Source of the DNA: Candidatus Nanoarchaeia archaeon | Lineage (GTDB): Archaea; Nanobdellota; Nanobdellia; Woesearchaeales; JACQSR01 | NCBI GenBank assembly: GCA_035289105.1 | Contig: DATDYF010000037.1 | Location: 6,418 to 70,417 of the forward strand | Length of the DNA stretch: 64,000 bases | Reading direction: 5' to 3' | In this document: positions 18,759 to 28,400 of the stretch, piece by piece | Numbering within the stretch: the first letter of the stretch is position 1 | How the letters are laid out: each line of letters opens with the position of its first letter | Made by a program: the position numbers and the translations under genes | Notes under the pieces: model-generated | What the model saw: the letters and a program-made list of their open reading frames with translations, nothing else | What the model was told of the DNA's origin: nothing | The model's database searches: none

Positions 18759-21185
18759 TCATCCAAAATAATTAGGCAGTTCCTTTTCCATCTGCTTTGC
18801 CTTTGCGGCTGAGAAATGGTCTCGGATGTCTTGGTATACTTTCTCGATTTCCTTGTCAACAGATGGCCTTACTTTATCTAATGACCTTTCGAAATGCTTT
18901 TTCTGGACTTCCTTGGCGTTTATGTTTTCCCTCAATGCGATTATTGCCGCTTCCCTGCAAACTGCTTCTATGTCAGCTCCGACGTAACCCTCTGTATTTT
19001 CTGCGAGGTAATATAAGAATTTATCAGGTCCGCTCAGTTCTTTTATTGGTCTCTTTTTCTTTGTACTAGATACTGCCCTTTCTGAGACCGGTTCATCTGC
19101 TGCCATTTTACTTAGAATATTATTTAAGATACCTTCATTGATTTGAGGTTTATAGTCTTCCGGTAGGCTATTAAAATCGATGGGCATCCCTTTAATGTGT
19201 ACCCTAAATATTTCCATCCGGGTATTAATGTCAGGCGCAGGCGTCAGTATAATCCTGTCAAATCTCCCGGGCCTCAATAATGCAGGGTCAACTATGTCAG
19301 GCCTGTTTGTTGCCGCAATTATAACAACATCGTGCATTTCCTCGAGACCATCAATTTCCGTAAGAAGCTGGTTGACAACTCTTTCTGTAACATGGGAGTC
19401 AGATGCTATTCCCCTTCTTGGCGCCAATGAGTCTATTTCATCAAAGAAGATTATGCATGGTGATACCTGCCTTGCTTTTTTGAACACTTCCCTAACTGCT
19501 TTTTCCGATTCTCCAACCCATTTTGACAACAATTCTGGCCCCTTAACCAAAATAAAGTTTGCCTCTGATTCATTTGCAACCGCTTTTGCCAATAATGTCT
19601 TTCCTGTTCCGGGAGCTCCATACAGCAAAATTCCCTTTGGCGGCCTCACACCCAGCCTCTTGAAAGCCTCTGGATTCTTTAGCGGCCATTCAACTGCCTC
19701 CTTTAATTCCTGCTTTACATCCTCAAGGCCCCCAATATCATTCCATTTGATGTTTGGAATTTCAACAAGCACTTCGCGCAATGCAGAGGGCCTTACAACT
19801 TTTAATGCGTCCATGAAATCACGCTGGGTTATCTTTAGCTTTTCAAGCAATTCTGCAGATATAGGCTCATCTTCCTTCAGCTTAAGCTCCGAGTAATTGT
19901 TCCTTAGCACAATCATTGCAGATTCCTTGGCCAGAGCTGACAAATCAGCACCAACAAATCCATGAGTGATTGCCGCTAAGTCCTTAAGGTTTACAGTTTT
20001 TGTAAGGGGCATGTTTCTAGTGTGAATCTTCAGTATGTTTAGCCTGCCCTCCTTGTCCGGAACGCCTATCTCAATTTCCCTGTCAAATCTTCCCGGCCTT
20101 CTTAATGCAGGGTCTAGTATGTTTGGCTGGTTGGTTGCTGCAATAACAACTACTTTTCCTCTTGACTGCAATCCATCCATTGATGCAAGAAGCTGCGCAA
20201 CAACGCGCCTTTCAACCTCGCCCCTTGTATCTTCACGCTTTGAGGCTATCGCATCTATCTCGTCAATGAAAATTATCGATGGGGCATTCTTCTGTGCTTC
20301 CTCGAATTTTTTCCTAATGTTTTCTTCAGACTGACCATAATATTTACTCATTACTTCGGGACCATTTATCAGCAAGAAATGCGAATTCGTCTCGGAAGAT
20401 ACAGCTTTTGCCAGCAATGTTTTTCCTGTTCCGGGCGGCCCGTGCAGTAAAACGCCTTTTGGAGCTTCAATTCCCAAACGCTCAAATATCTCTGGATGCT
20501 TTAATGGCAGCTCAACCATCTCGCGAATCTTCTTGATTTCTTCCTGCAGGCCGCCAATGTCTTCATAAGAAACTTCAGGAACAGCCTCTTCCTTGATTTC
20601 AACCGCCTCCGGGTTGAAGATAACTTCTGTCTGGTTTGTTATTATGGCTGCCTGTTTCGGGTTGGTGTCAGAAACAACAAACTTAATGTCGCCAAATCCG
20701 AATCCCATTAGGTTTTCATCAAAAAGGTTGAAGACATCGTCAAAGAAAGGCGATTCTGACATCGTGGTTCTTCGCCTTTTTGCCCCGCCCAACGAGATTA
20801 TGTCCCCTTTTACAACAGCCCTGCCAAGCAATCCCTGCTTGAAAAGCTCAGGAGATGCCCTTATGACAATGCCCTTTCTTGCAGGGGCTATGACTACACG
20901 CTTGCATTCCTTTACATCCGCCTTTTTTACGGTGACGACCTCGCCAATTCCTGTCGTTGCATTCTTCCTTATGATGCCGTCCATCCTTACAATGCGCAAG
21001 CCTATATCTCCGGGGTATGCACGGTCCGCGATTGCAACCGTAGAACGCTCCCCTTTTATGTCAACTATATCGCCGGGGTGGATGCTTATCTCATTCATCA
21101 GGGCTGAATCTATCCTGACTATGCCCTTGTTTACGTCATCCTGTATTGCTTCTGCTACCTTTAGTTTTATGTCTTTAATCACCAT
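18759..21185 (-). CDS. cdc48: CDC48/VCP-type AAA+ ATPase (two AAA domains)
   Basis: Two Walker A '[14 protein letters not shown]' sites, two Walker B 'IIFIDEID'/'IIFFDEID' sites, N-terminal CDC48 double-psi barrel region. 808 aa. Confidence 0.93.
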   Translation of the reverse strand: MVIKDIKLKVAEAIQDDVNKGIVRIDSALMNEISIHPGDIVDIKGERSTVAIADRAYPGDIGLRIVRMDGIIRKNATTGIGEVVTVKKADVKECKRVVIAPARKGIVIRASPELFKQGLLGRAVVKGDIISLGGAKRRRTTMSESPFFDDVFNLFDENLMGFGFGDIKFVVSDTNPKQAAIITNQTEVIFNPEAVEIKEEAVPEVSYEDIGGLQEEIKKIREMVELPLKHPEIFERLGIEAPKGVLLHGPPGTGKTLLAKAVSSETNSHFLLINGPEVMSKYYGQSEENIRKKFEEAQKNAPSIIFIDEIDAIASKREDTRGEVERRVVAQLLASMDGLQSRGKVVVIAATNQPNILDPALRRPGRFDREIEIGVPDKEGRLNILKIHTRNMPLTKTVNLKDLAAITHGFVGADLSALAKESAMIVLRNNYSELKLKEDEPISAELLEKLKITQRDFMDALKVVRPSALREVLVEIPNIKWNDIGGLEDVKQELKEAVEWPLKNPEAFKRLGVRPPKGILLYGAPGTGKTLLAKAVANESEANFILVKGPELLSKWVGESEKAVREVFKKARQVSPCIIFFDEIDSLAPRRGIASDSHVTERVVNQLLTEIDGLEEMHDVVIIAATNRPDIVDPALLRPGRFDRIILTPAPDINTRMEIFRVHIKGMPIDFNSLPEDYKPQINEGILNNILSKMAADEPVSERAVSSTKKKRPIKELSGPDKFLYYLAENTEGYVGADIEAVCREAAIIALRENINAKEVQKKHFERSLDKVRPSVDKEIEKVYQDIRDHFSAAKAKQMEKELPNYFG

Positions 21186-21277
21186 TTTCTCGGCTAGAGA
21201 GACCCGAATACCACTTTTAAAGGTTTCGAATCGGTAACCGATAACCTTAAATATCAGTCGATATTATATATTATCAA

Positions 21278-21817
21278 ATGAAAAGAAGAAATATCAACAT
21301 CAAGGAAAAAATAAAAGCGCATTTTTATCTTTACCCCACTGCTAAGCTTAGGGTAAGGCAGATAGAGAAAGAACTTAAGCTCCCTTTGCCTTCAGTTATT
21401 CGCTATGTGAAAGAATTAACCGATGAGGGATTCCTGAAAAAGTCAAGAATAGGCAATGTCGTCTTTTATTCTGCTGACAGAACTGCAAAAGCATTCCTTT
21501 TGGAGAAAAGATTGTTTAATATTAAGTCGTTGCATAACTCTGGCTTGGTTGATTTCTTAGTTGAGGAGCTTAGCAATCCCGCAGTAGTACTCTTCGGATC
21601 ATATTCTAAAGGGGAAGATATAGAAAGTAGCGATATTGACTTATATGTAGAGACCCCATCTAAAAAAGAGGTTAATCTTGAAGAATTTGAGAAGGTATTA
21701 AAAAGAAAGATAGAGGTTTTGGTCTACAAATCAATTGACGAAATAAAAAACAAGGATTTAACAAATAACATAATAAACGGGATTATGGTAAATGGTTTTG
21801 TTGAGGCAATAAAATGA
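21278..21817 (+). CDS. Minimal nucleotidyltransferase (MNT) with N-terminal wHTH
   Basis: Motif 'GSYSKGEDIESSDIDLYV'. Stop overlaps the start of the downstream HEPN gene. Confidence 0.8.
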   Translation: MKRRNINIKEKIKAHFYLYPTAKLRVRQIEKELKLPLPSVIRYVKELTDEGFLKKSRIGNVVFYSADRTAKAFLLEKRLFNIKSLHNSGLVDFLVEELSNPAVVLFGSYSKGEDIESSDIDLYVETPSKKEVNLEEFEKVLKRKIEVLVYKSIDEIKNKDLTNNIINGIMVNGFVEAIK

Positions 21818-22236
21818 AAGAGTCAACGTGGGATGAATGTTTGTCAGAAAACTCCGCCACCCCTTCAACCAGGGACCGAAAAAAAGCCGAATCTCTTCTG
21901 AGAACCTCGGAAGGAAGGGTTAGGTTTTTTGAAATGCAAAGCATCGAGCCGGGAACTGCGAATTATGTTTTTGAAGGGTTGTACAGCTCAGTGCTTGAAA
22001 TGCTGCATGCATTTCTCATTAATGAGGGCTATAAAGTATCGAACCGCATATGTTTGGGATATTACTTAAGGGACAAGTTAAAAAGAGATGATTTATTTAG
22101 GGCTTTTGATGATTTAAGGTACAAGAGAAACTCCCTTGTTTATTACGGCAGGGAAATGGACTTTGAAACGGCAAAACAAGCGATACAAAATTGCAAAAAA
22201 ATGATAAGGGAAGTTAAAGCTTTTGTGAAAATATGA
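21814..22236 (+). CDS. HEPN domain protein (partner of MNT)
   Basis: Translationally coupled to the NTase. 'RYKRNSLVYYG' region homologous to the HEPN at 40916-41368. Confidence 0.7.
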   Translation: MKESTWDECLSENSATPSTRDRKKAESLLRTSEGRVRFFEMQSIEPGTANYVFEGLYSSVLEMLHAFLINEGYKVSNRICLGYYLRDKLKRDDLFRAFDDLRYKRNSLVYYGREMDFETAKQAIQNCKKMIREVKAFVKI

Positions 22237-22284
22237 ATGCTTGGTGCTGCTTTTCATTCCCAATTTCGAGGCTTAACAAGCCTA

Positions 22285-22400
22285 TTATCCCCGAATCATA
22301 GATTTTTTCCAGGTTATGTGCCATTTTTTTGCGAGAAAATTTGGTTTTTCTAGGTTAGGCGTAATTTCAACAATATGTTTCTTAAGAAAGGACAACTATT
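22285..22400 (-). pseudogene. Frameshifted remnant of a third MNT-type nucleotidyltransferase
   Basis: About 100 nt (22285-22385) is about 85 percent identical to 41597-41698 inside the intact NTase gene. The reverse translation 'KKHIVEITPNLEKPNFLAKK' then shifts frame at an A-run and stops. Confidence 0.5.
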
Positions 22401-22460
22401 GCTCATTTATTTTTGCCCGTGAGTATAGGATGAATTGTTAGGACCTTAAAAATGTCAGAA

Positions 22461-22608
22461 TTTTCCACTAGTCTGGGACTAGTGGCAAGCATTGCTTCAT
22501 CATAATTCGAGAGCTGAAAATTCTGAGCATGCTCAAGAACCACCGGTCTTGCAAGGGAGTAATTGCGTTCGCAACATTCCACCGGTCTATGACCGGTGGT
22601 TCTTGACA
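22461..22608. mobile_element. MITE/PATE-like palindromic element, copy 1. Hairpin CCACTAGTC-tgg-GACTAGTGG at the left. Internal box CAAGAACCACCGGTC. Hairpin CCACCGGTC-tat-GACCGGTGG plus GGTTCTTGACA at the right.
   Basis: Same architecture and near-identical right end as the approximately 140-bp insertion at 53812-53953 that disrupts relE. Confidence 0.42.
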
Positions 22609-22661
22609 GAAGTGCAGATTCTGCCACAAATCTTTTTAAACAATCAACGAACAAACTAAGC

Positions 22662-23312
22662 ATGGCCGTTGCACTTTTTGATGTTGATGATACAATAGTA
22701 GATGGGGCTTGTGCAATTATTTATGCCAAATATCTATATAAAAAGAAGGCATTAAACTTGAGTTTTTTGGTAAAAGTCCATTTATACCTTTTGTACTATA
22801 TGCTTTTAGCCAGGCTCAACAGGCTTAATATAAAAAAGATTGAAGAAAAATGGTTTAAAGAACTAAGCAGCAAAATATCTGTTGATGAGGCATTGCATTT
22901 AGGCAGGCAATGTTTTGAAGAAGAAATAAAACCAAAGATATACAGGGAAGTCTTGCCCATAATAAAAAAGCATGCTGAACGCGGAGATAGGATAGTTCTT
23001 ATTTCCAATAGTCCAAAGTTCCTAATTGAGCAGCTGGCTAATCACTTGAATATCAAGGAATTTTATGGAACAGATTTTGTATGTGAAAATAATAGGTTCA
23101 AATCAATAAAACAGCCATATTGCTTTGGGGAAGGGAAGGCTAAAATTATAAAAAAATCAAGTTTAGATTTGAAAAATAGCTATGCATACTCTGACAGCAT
23201 TCATGACCTGCCGCTTCTTGAAATGATTAAATATCCCAATGTCGTAAATCCAGACAGGAGATTGAGGAATATAGCTTTAAAAAGGGAGTGGCCTATCCAC
23301 AATTTCAGGTGA
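22662..23312 (+). CDS. HAD-IB family hydrolase
   Basis: Motif I 'ALFDVDDTI'. Motif IV 'SDSIHDLPLLE'. Start placed at the internal ATG after the palindromic element. Confidence 0.72.
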   Translation: MAVALFDVDDTIVDGACAIIYAKYLYKKKALNLSFLVKVHLYLLYYMLLARLNRLNIKKIEEKWFKELSSKISVDEALHLGRQCFEEEIKPKIYREVLPIIKKHAERGDRIVLISNSPKFLIEQLANHLNIKEFYGTDFVCENNRFKSIKQPYCFGEGKAKIIKKSSLDLKNSYAYSDSIHDLPLLEMIKYPNVVNPDRRLRNIALKREWPIHNFR

Positions 23313-23380
23313 AAGTAAGAGAGCCATCGGAAAAATAGATAAAGGGGCAAATAAAGAAATTAAACACCCTCTAAAATCTC

Positions 23381-24868
23381 CTATAGCAAATAAACCAAAA
23401 CGAAGCCAGCAATAACCAAGGCTATAAACAAACAAGTTTGAGGCTTTTTAAATTTCCAAAGAAACCATGGGAGCCCATGCTTAAAGGAAAATTGTATAAA
23501 ACTTAATGTGCTCGGCACAAAAGCTTTATTGAGATGCATTCTTGCTAATTTCAAAAGATTGTAGGTCTTACTATATAATTTTACATACAATTTTTCGAAT
23601 TTCTTCTTAGGCAGCTTTGTTGGTAGGATAATATTCACGTTATTATAGAGATCATAATTCTTGGTTGTGATTTTGTTTTTTTGTTCTTGATAAAGATCCG
23701 AACCAGGTAATGGGGTGAGTATAGAAAACATTGGATAAAATAAGTGACTATTTTCTTTGTCGAGTTTTTTAACATAATTTAGTAAGGCTTTGAAATCGTT
23801 TTCTTCAAACTCAGGAAGAATAATAAATGATCCAAAAGTTATGATCCCATTATCCGCAAGAATTTTTGTTGCTTTCTCATTATTTTCAATAGTGTTTCTT
23901 TTATTCATCTTGTTGAGAGCTTCAGAACTGATGGCTTCAAAGCCAACAAACACTTCCAAAAGTCCTATTTCCCTCCATTTTCTAATAAGGTCAGGATTTC
24001 TGGCTATCGTATCTGATCTGGCGATAAAATAATATTTCTTTTGTATCCCTTTTTCTTTTATAAGCTGATATATTTTTTCTGCTCTTGTTGTATTTTCAAG
24101 AAAATTATTATCGCAAAAGACTATATATTTTTCAGGCATTTGTTCCAGTTCATTGACGACTTTCTCGGGGCTTTTCACTCTGTATTTTTGCTGGCTAAAT
24201 TTCCATACCGAACAAAAATTACAGTTATAGGGACAACCCCTTGTCGTATCAATGGTGCCAACTGAACGCCAATAGAAACTACTGTATTTTTTTCTATACT
24301 TGTCAACTAGGTGTCGTGCAGGTGCTTTTAACTCTTCCAATGGCATTAAGTCTCTGACCGGGTTATGGATTTCTTTGCCATCCTTCACAAAAGAAATATT
24401 TTTTACTTGTGACACCTCCCCTCCTTTAACCAATACACCAACAAGTTCTTGAAACGCTAACTCACCATCGCCTCTAACAACAAAATCAACTTCAGATTCG
24501 CTTAAGAACTCATGAGCAAGGAAGGTTGCTACGTGGCCTCCTACAACCACTTTTATTCCACTATCAAATTTCTTTATTTCTGTAATTAGATCTTTAATTA
24601 AATTCACATTAGTGGTATAATTGCAGCTTGTTCCAATAATCTCTGGTTTGAATTTTTTGATTGCTTTTGTGAGATTTCCATCAATTCTCATATCGAGAAT
24701 ATCAACTTCATGACCATGATCTAAGAGATAAGCAGCGAGATACTCTAAACCCAAAGGTTCAAGAACATTTGACTCATCAAATCCAGGAACTAAACTTTTT
24801 TTAGAAGTTACGCAATCCGGCTGCACAAGTAGGACTCTCAAAATAACACCTCTTAATATGCAGCTCAA
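23381..24868 (-). CDS. B12-binding domain radical SAM protein
   Basis: N-terminal cobalamin-binding fold (VLLVQPD..LGLEYLAAYL). Radical SAM 'GCPYNCNFC'. 495 aa. Confidence 0.83.
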   Translation of the reverse strand: MSCILRGVILRVLLVQPDCVTSKKSLVPGFDESNVLEPLGLEYLAAYLLDHGHEVDILDMRIDGNLTKAIKKFKPEIIGTSCNYTTNVNLIKDLITEIKKFDSGIKVVVGGHVATFLAHEFLSESEVDFVVRGDGELAFQELVGVLVKGGEVSQVKNISFVKDGKEIHNPVRDLMPLEELKAPARHLVDKYRKKYSSFYWRSVGTIDTTRGCPYNCNFCSVWKFSQQKYRVKSPEKVVNELEQMPEKYIVFCDNNFLENTTRAEKIYQLIKEKGIQKKYYFIARSDTIARNPDLIRKWREIGLLEVFVGFEAISSEALNKMNKRNTIENNEKATKILADNGIITFGSFIILPEFEENDFKALLNYVKKLDKENSHLFYPMFSILTPLPGSDLYQEQKNKITTKNYDLYNNVNIILPTKLPKKKFEKLYVKLYSKTYNLLKLARMHLNKAFVPSTLSFIQFSFKHGLPWFLWKFKKPQTCLFIALVIAGFVLVYLL

Positions 24869-25017
24869 CTACCCTTTATATATTTTTCCCTGTGAGGAGT
24901 TTTAGGATTTAATATCTATTACGGTTCGGAGATGCTGGATAAAACCGAAATCTTTATATAGAAAAAAATTGATAGCGGTATTTTAACGGCCCAATTAGGG
25001 ATAAAAAGGGGAGAATA

Positions 25018-25158
25018 ATGAAAAAAGTGTGTTCCGTCCTACTGATTTCTGTTCTTATGATTCTCTCTGCGCTGGCCGTCACTGCGAAAGACTGTGAATG
25101 TGATACTGTTGTTACAAATATTGCAATACCCTCCGATCTAATTTCAAAAAGACACTAA
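25018..25158 (+). CDS. Small secreted ORF (46 aa) paralogous to the N-terminus of the giant protein. Possibly a 5' cassette or gene remnant.
   Basis: Signal peptide then 'AKDCECDTVVTNIAIPSDLI', compared with giant protein 'IKDCECGDTVVADYTFSSDLV'. SD 'aaaggggag' precedes the ATG. TATA 'ctttatata' about 60 nt upstream. Confidence 0.4.
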   Translation: MKKVCSVLLISVLMILSALAVTAKDCECDTVVTNIAIPSDLISKRH

Positions 25159-25161
25159 AAA

Positions 25162-25437
25162 ATGGCACGAAAAAACGATTATGACTGGATAAAAATAGTT
25201 GCCTTGTTCATATCGGTTGTTGTGGTGCTAATCATAGCAATAAGCATACGGAATGGGCTAACATCGGATAATATACTTTCAGGGGCAATTACCTTTAAGG
25301 GGCCCAACCCCCATTTATATACTGGACCTAATCCTTTCGGGGAACCTGTTGATATGGAAGCAGCTGTTGCTAGTTATTGTGGCAAAGGTATCTTAGATGC
25401 GGCCCTTGAGGCAAATATTTGTGGAGTGCCACAATGA
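25162..25437 (+). CDS. Small membrane-anchored protein (91 aa). Overlaps the start of the giant gene.
   Basis: Starts 'MARK' within 'aaaatggcacgaaaaa'. The same start context 'aaaatggcacggaaaa' recurs at the giant gene. One TM helix. Confidence 0.42.
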   Translation: MARKNDYDWIKIVALFISVVVVLIIAISIRNGLTSDNILSGAITFKGPNPHLYTGPNPFGEPVDMEAAVASYCGKGILDAALEANICGVPQ

Positions 25438-28400
25438 AAATGGCACGGAAAATAAGGATTTTGTTGCTCGTTTCTTTGATTACCATCATTTCGGCATTTA
25501 GCGCATCAGCAGCAGACTGCGGAAATGGCATCAAGGATTGCGAATGCGGGGATACTGTTGTAGCAGATTATACGTTTAGCTCTGACCTTGTCTGCGACGG
25601 CTCTTCAGGCCCTGTTAGCGGCCTTGTTGTGGGGAGCGATGTGCAGTTGAGCTGTGCTCCTGATGTTAAGATTGAGTGTGCTCCTGGAGTCAAGGATGGA
25701 GGGTCTTGCGAAACTGGAATTTCTATTTCTGCCAGCAACGATATAAGCATAACAGGCTGCACAATCATCGGATGGGATCGCGGAGTAAGGATAGGCAGCG
25801 GCTCTAGCAACATCAATATTACCCTAAACAAAATCTTGCACAACATTCAAGGCATTTTGGTTACGGGAGCCGGAAATAACATCACAATCAGTTATAACAC
25901 TGTATCAGGAAATGGGGTTGAATCTTCCCCTGGGGAAGGAGGGGTTTTGGGAAATTGCGGCGATGGAATAGACAATGATGCAGACACACAAGTGGATTGC
26001 GCGGACAGCGAATGCTCTTTTGATGTCCTGTGCGGAGGGCCTGGGCAGGGATACTTCGGCGGCAGCATCATGGTCTTGACTGTCCACGGCCAGGACAATA
26101 TCCAAATCATCGGGAACACAATTAACGACACTTTTGTATTCGAAAACAGGGGCGCCATTCATATCGGAGGCAGTAATGGCAATATTTCCAATCTTGTAAT
26201 CAGCAACAACACTATATATAATGTTCCCCTCTTCCCGGGAATATCTTTCTCCTTTGTCGGGATTATCAATTTGACGATAAGCAACAACTCGTTAACCAAT
26301 GTCGGAATAGGACTTGGATTTGGTTTTGCTGCGCCAGTTGAAAATGGCATCATCTCGGGAAACAGCGTGACCTGTTCAGGATTGAGTGCTACTCTTGGAG
26401 ATATCGGCATGATGGTAGCGGGAACAGCGGATGTCACCGGTAATATGGTTAATGACTGCGACATAGGCATATTTGCTACATTCGCAGGTCTTGCCCCGGG
26501 ATTTGTGCCCTCTCCAATATCCATTGACGCAAACACAGTAACTTCAAATTTCGGCACTGGAATCTGCACAGACATAGCCTTTGCCACTCTTGAAAACAAC
26601 GTGATATCCAATGGCATTATTGGAATTGCAGACCTCCTTGAGGAGTTTGACCCCGGCAACTGGCAGTCTGGAATAACAATACTCTTTAACTCTTATGCCG
26701 CTGTCCAGAAGGAAATATGCCGGGTTAGATCGCCTCTTGTTGGAGGATGCTTGCAGTTTGCAGAAGACGCATTGGCCGGAACGGTTAATCTGGATGCTTT
26801 GTGCGGTACAGGAGAGCCGCCGTTCTTTTGCCCTATTCAATTTAATTTCATTGTTGGCGGGCAGTTGTATGATGCTCCGGGAGGGGTTGTATATGTTTTC
26901 AAAGAATCAGAAGCCCAGGCTTGCGGCATAGACACCAGCGACGGTGTCCAGGATTATGAGTCGGGTTTGCCTTTCGGCTGTCAGGCTATAACTCAGACTT
27001 GGACTTGCAATGGAATTGCTGGTGGAACATGCAGCATAACGTTAGGTGATCCAGGGCCGGCAGGATATGTTGCGATTGCTTTCGATCATCCTCCAGGCTC
27101 ACAACCGCCGCCTAGTGTAGCTGGTGCTGCCGTATTCGGCGAATCATTATGCGGGGGCCAAGTTGATATCAATGAATTTGGCGGGGAAACCAACTGCGGA
27201 GACGGCATAGACAACGACAATGATGGAAGAATTGATTGCCAGGATGGTGATTGCCAGGGGTCTCCAAGTTGCCCAGGCTGTGTAGTTACCATGAACTGGG
27301 TTGACGAAAACCAACAGCCAGTTAATGCGCCATATGGGAATATTTTATTGCTTTCCTACGATGAAATTAACAATGATTGCGGTATCGACCTCAGTCAGGG
27401 AGTTACTACGGACATCTTCCAGGTATTCGGAAACCCATGTATTACCCAGGTACAAATTTGCGGATTATTCAGCGGAGAATCATTGTCAGACGGGCAATGC
27501 GTCAGCCAGGTTAACATAGCCGCTGGCGACCAAATTGTTGCAGTTGCAATTGGCTCTTTTGGCGCTGAGGAAATCCAGAGTGTGCAGGATTCATGCGAAA
27601 ACGGCTTGGATGATGACGGCAATAACCTTGTAGATTGTGCTGACCCGGCTTGCGCCCCTGCAAGGAATTGCGGACCTTCAAACTCCTTGGTTGGAGGGGG
27701 AATATTTGGGCCACAGGCATGCGGAGGCTCAGCAACAATCGGTCCCCTTGGAGGTCCAGAAGGGTGCCCTCTCACGTTTACTGCATTTGGTGAAAACAAC
27801 AACCCAGTTCCTGACGGTTCGTATATATTTACCTTGGAAACAGCTGTTATTAGCACCATTCCCTACGAATCACCTCAAGGATCGGGCAATTTTATCCTGA
27901 TAGATCCTTCAGATGGCATCGACTTTGATGAATGGTTTGGATTGCTCATCGCAGCTCAAAATGGGCCTCCGCCTGGATTAGACGGTGGGTGTATCTCGCC
28001 CCAAGGCCAGCCAATCCCAACCAGTGGCGGAACCTGTCAGGGAAGTTTAGGGGAACTTTTCCCCGGGAATCCTAATGCACCACACACCGTGGTTGTGCTC
28101 TACGATGACTTTATGAATCCAACACAAATAATTTCACAGAACTATAACTTCCTTACTTGTGGTGGACAGGTTATTATTGGAGAAAGCGGTCCTGAAGTTG
28201 GCGATTGTACAATTACCTATAGCTTTGTCGATGGCCAATCGCAGCCTATCGATGCTCCGAATGGAGGGGTTGTCATATTTAGCCAGAACGCGCTGCAGGC
28301 ATGCGTTGGTACATTTCCGCCCCCGGAGCCAGGAGAAGAGGATTGCAATGCTATCTTTAATCCGTCAGATGGGGTCATGGGCGGTGAAATTAGATGCGCC

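Noticed and set aside
22403-22663. Minus-strand ORF of 86 aa
   Set aside because: It runs through the palindromic MITE-like element and the HAD promoter region. The composition is set by the inverted repeats.
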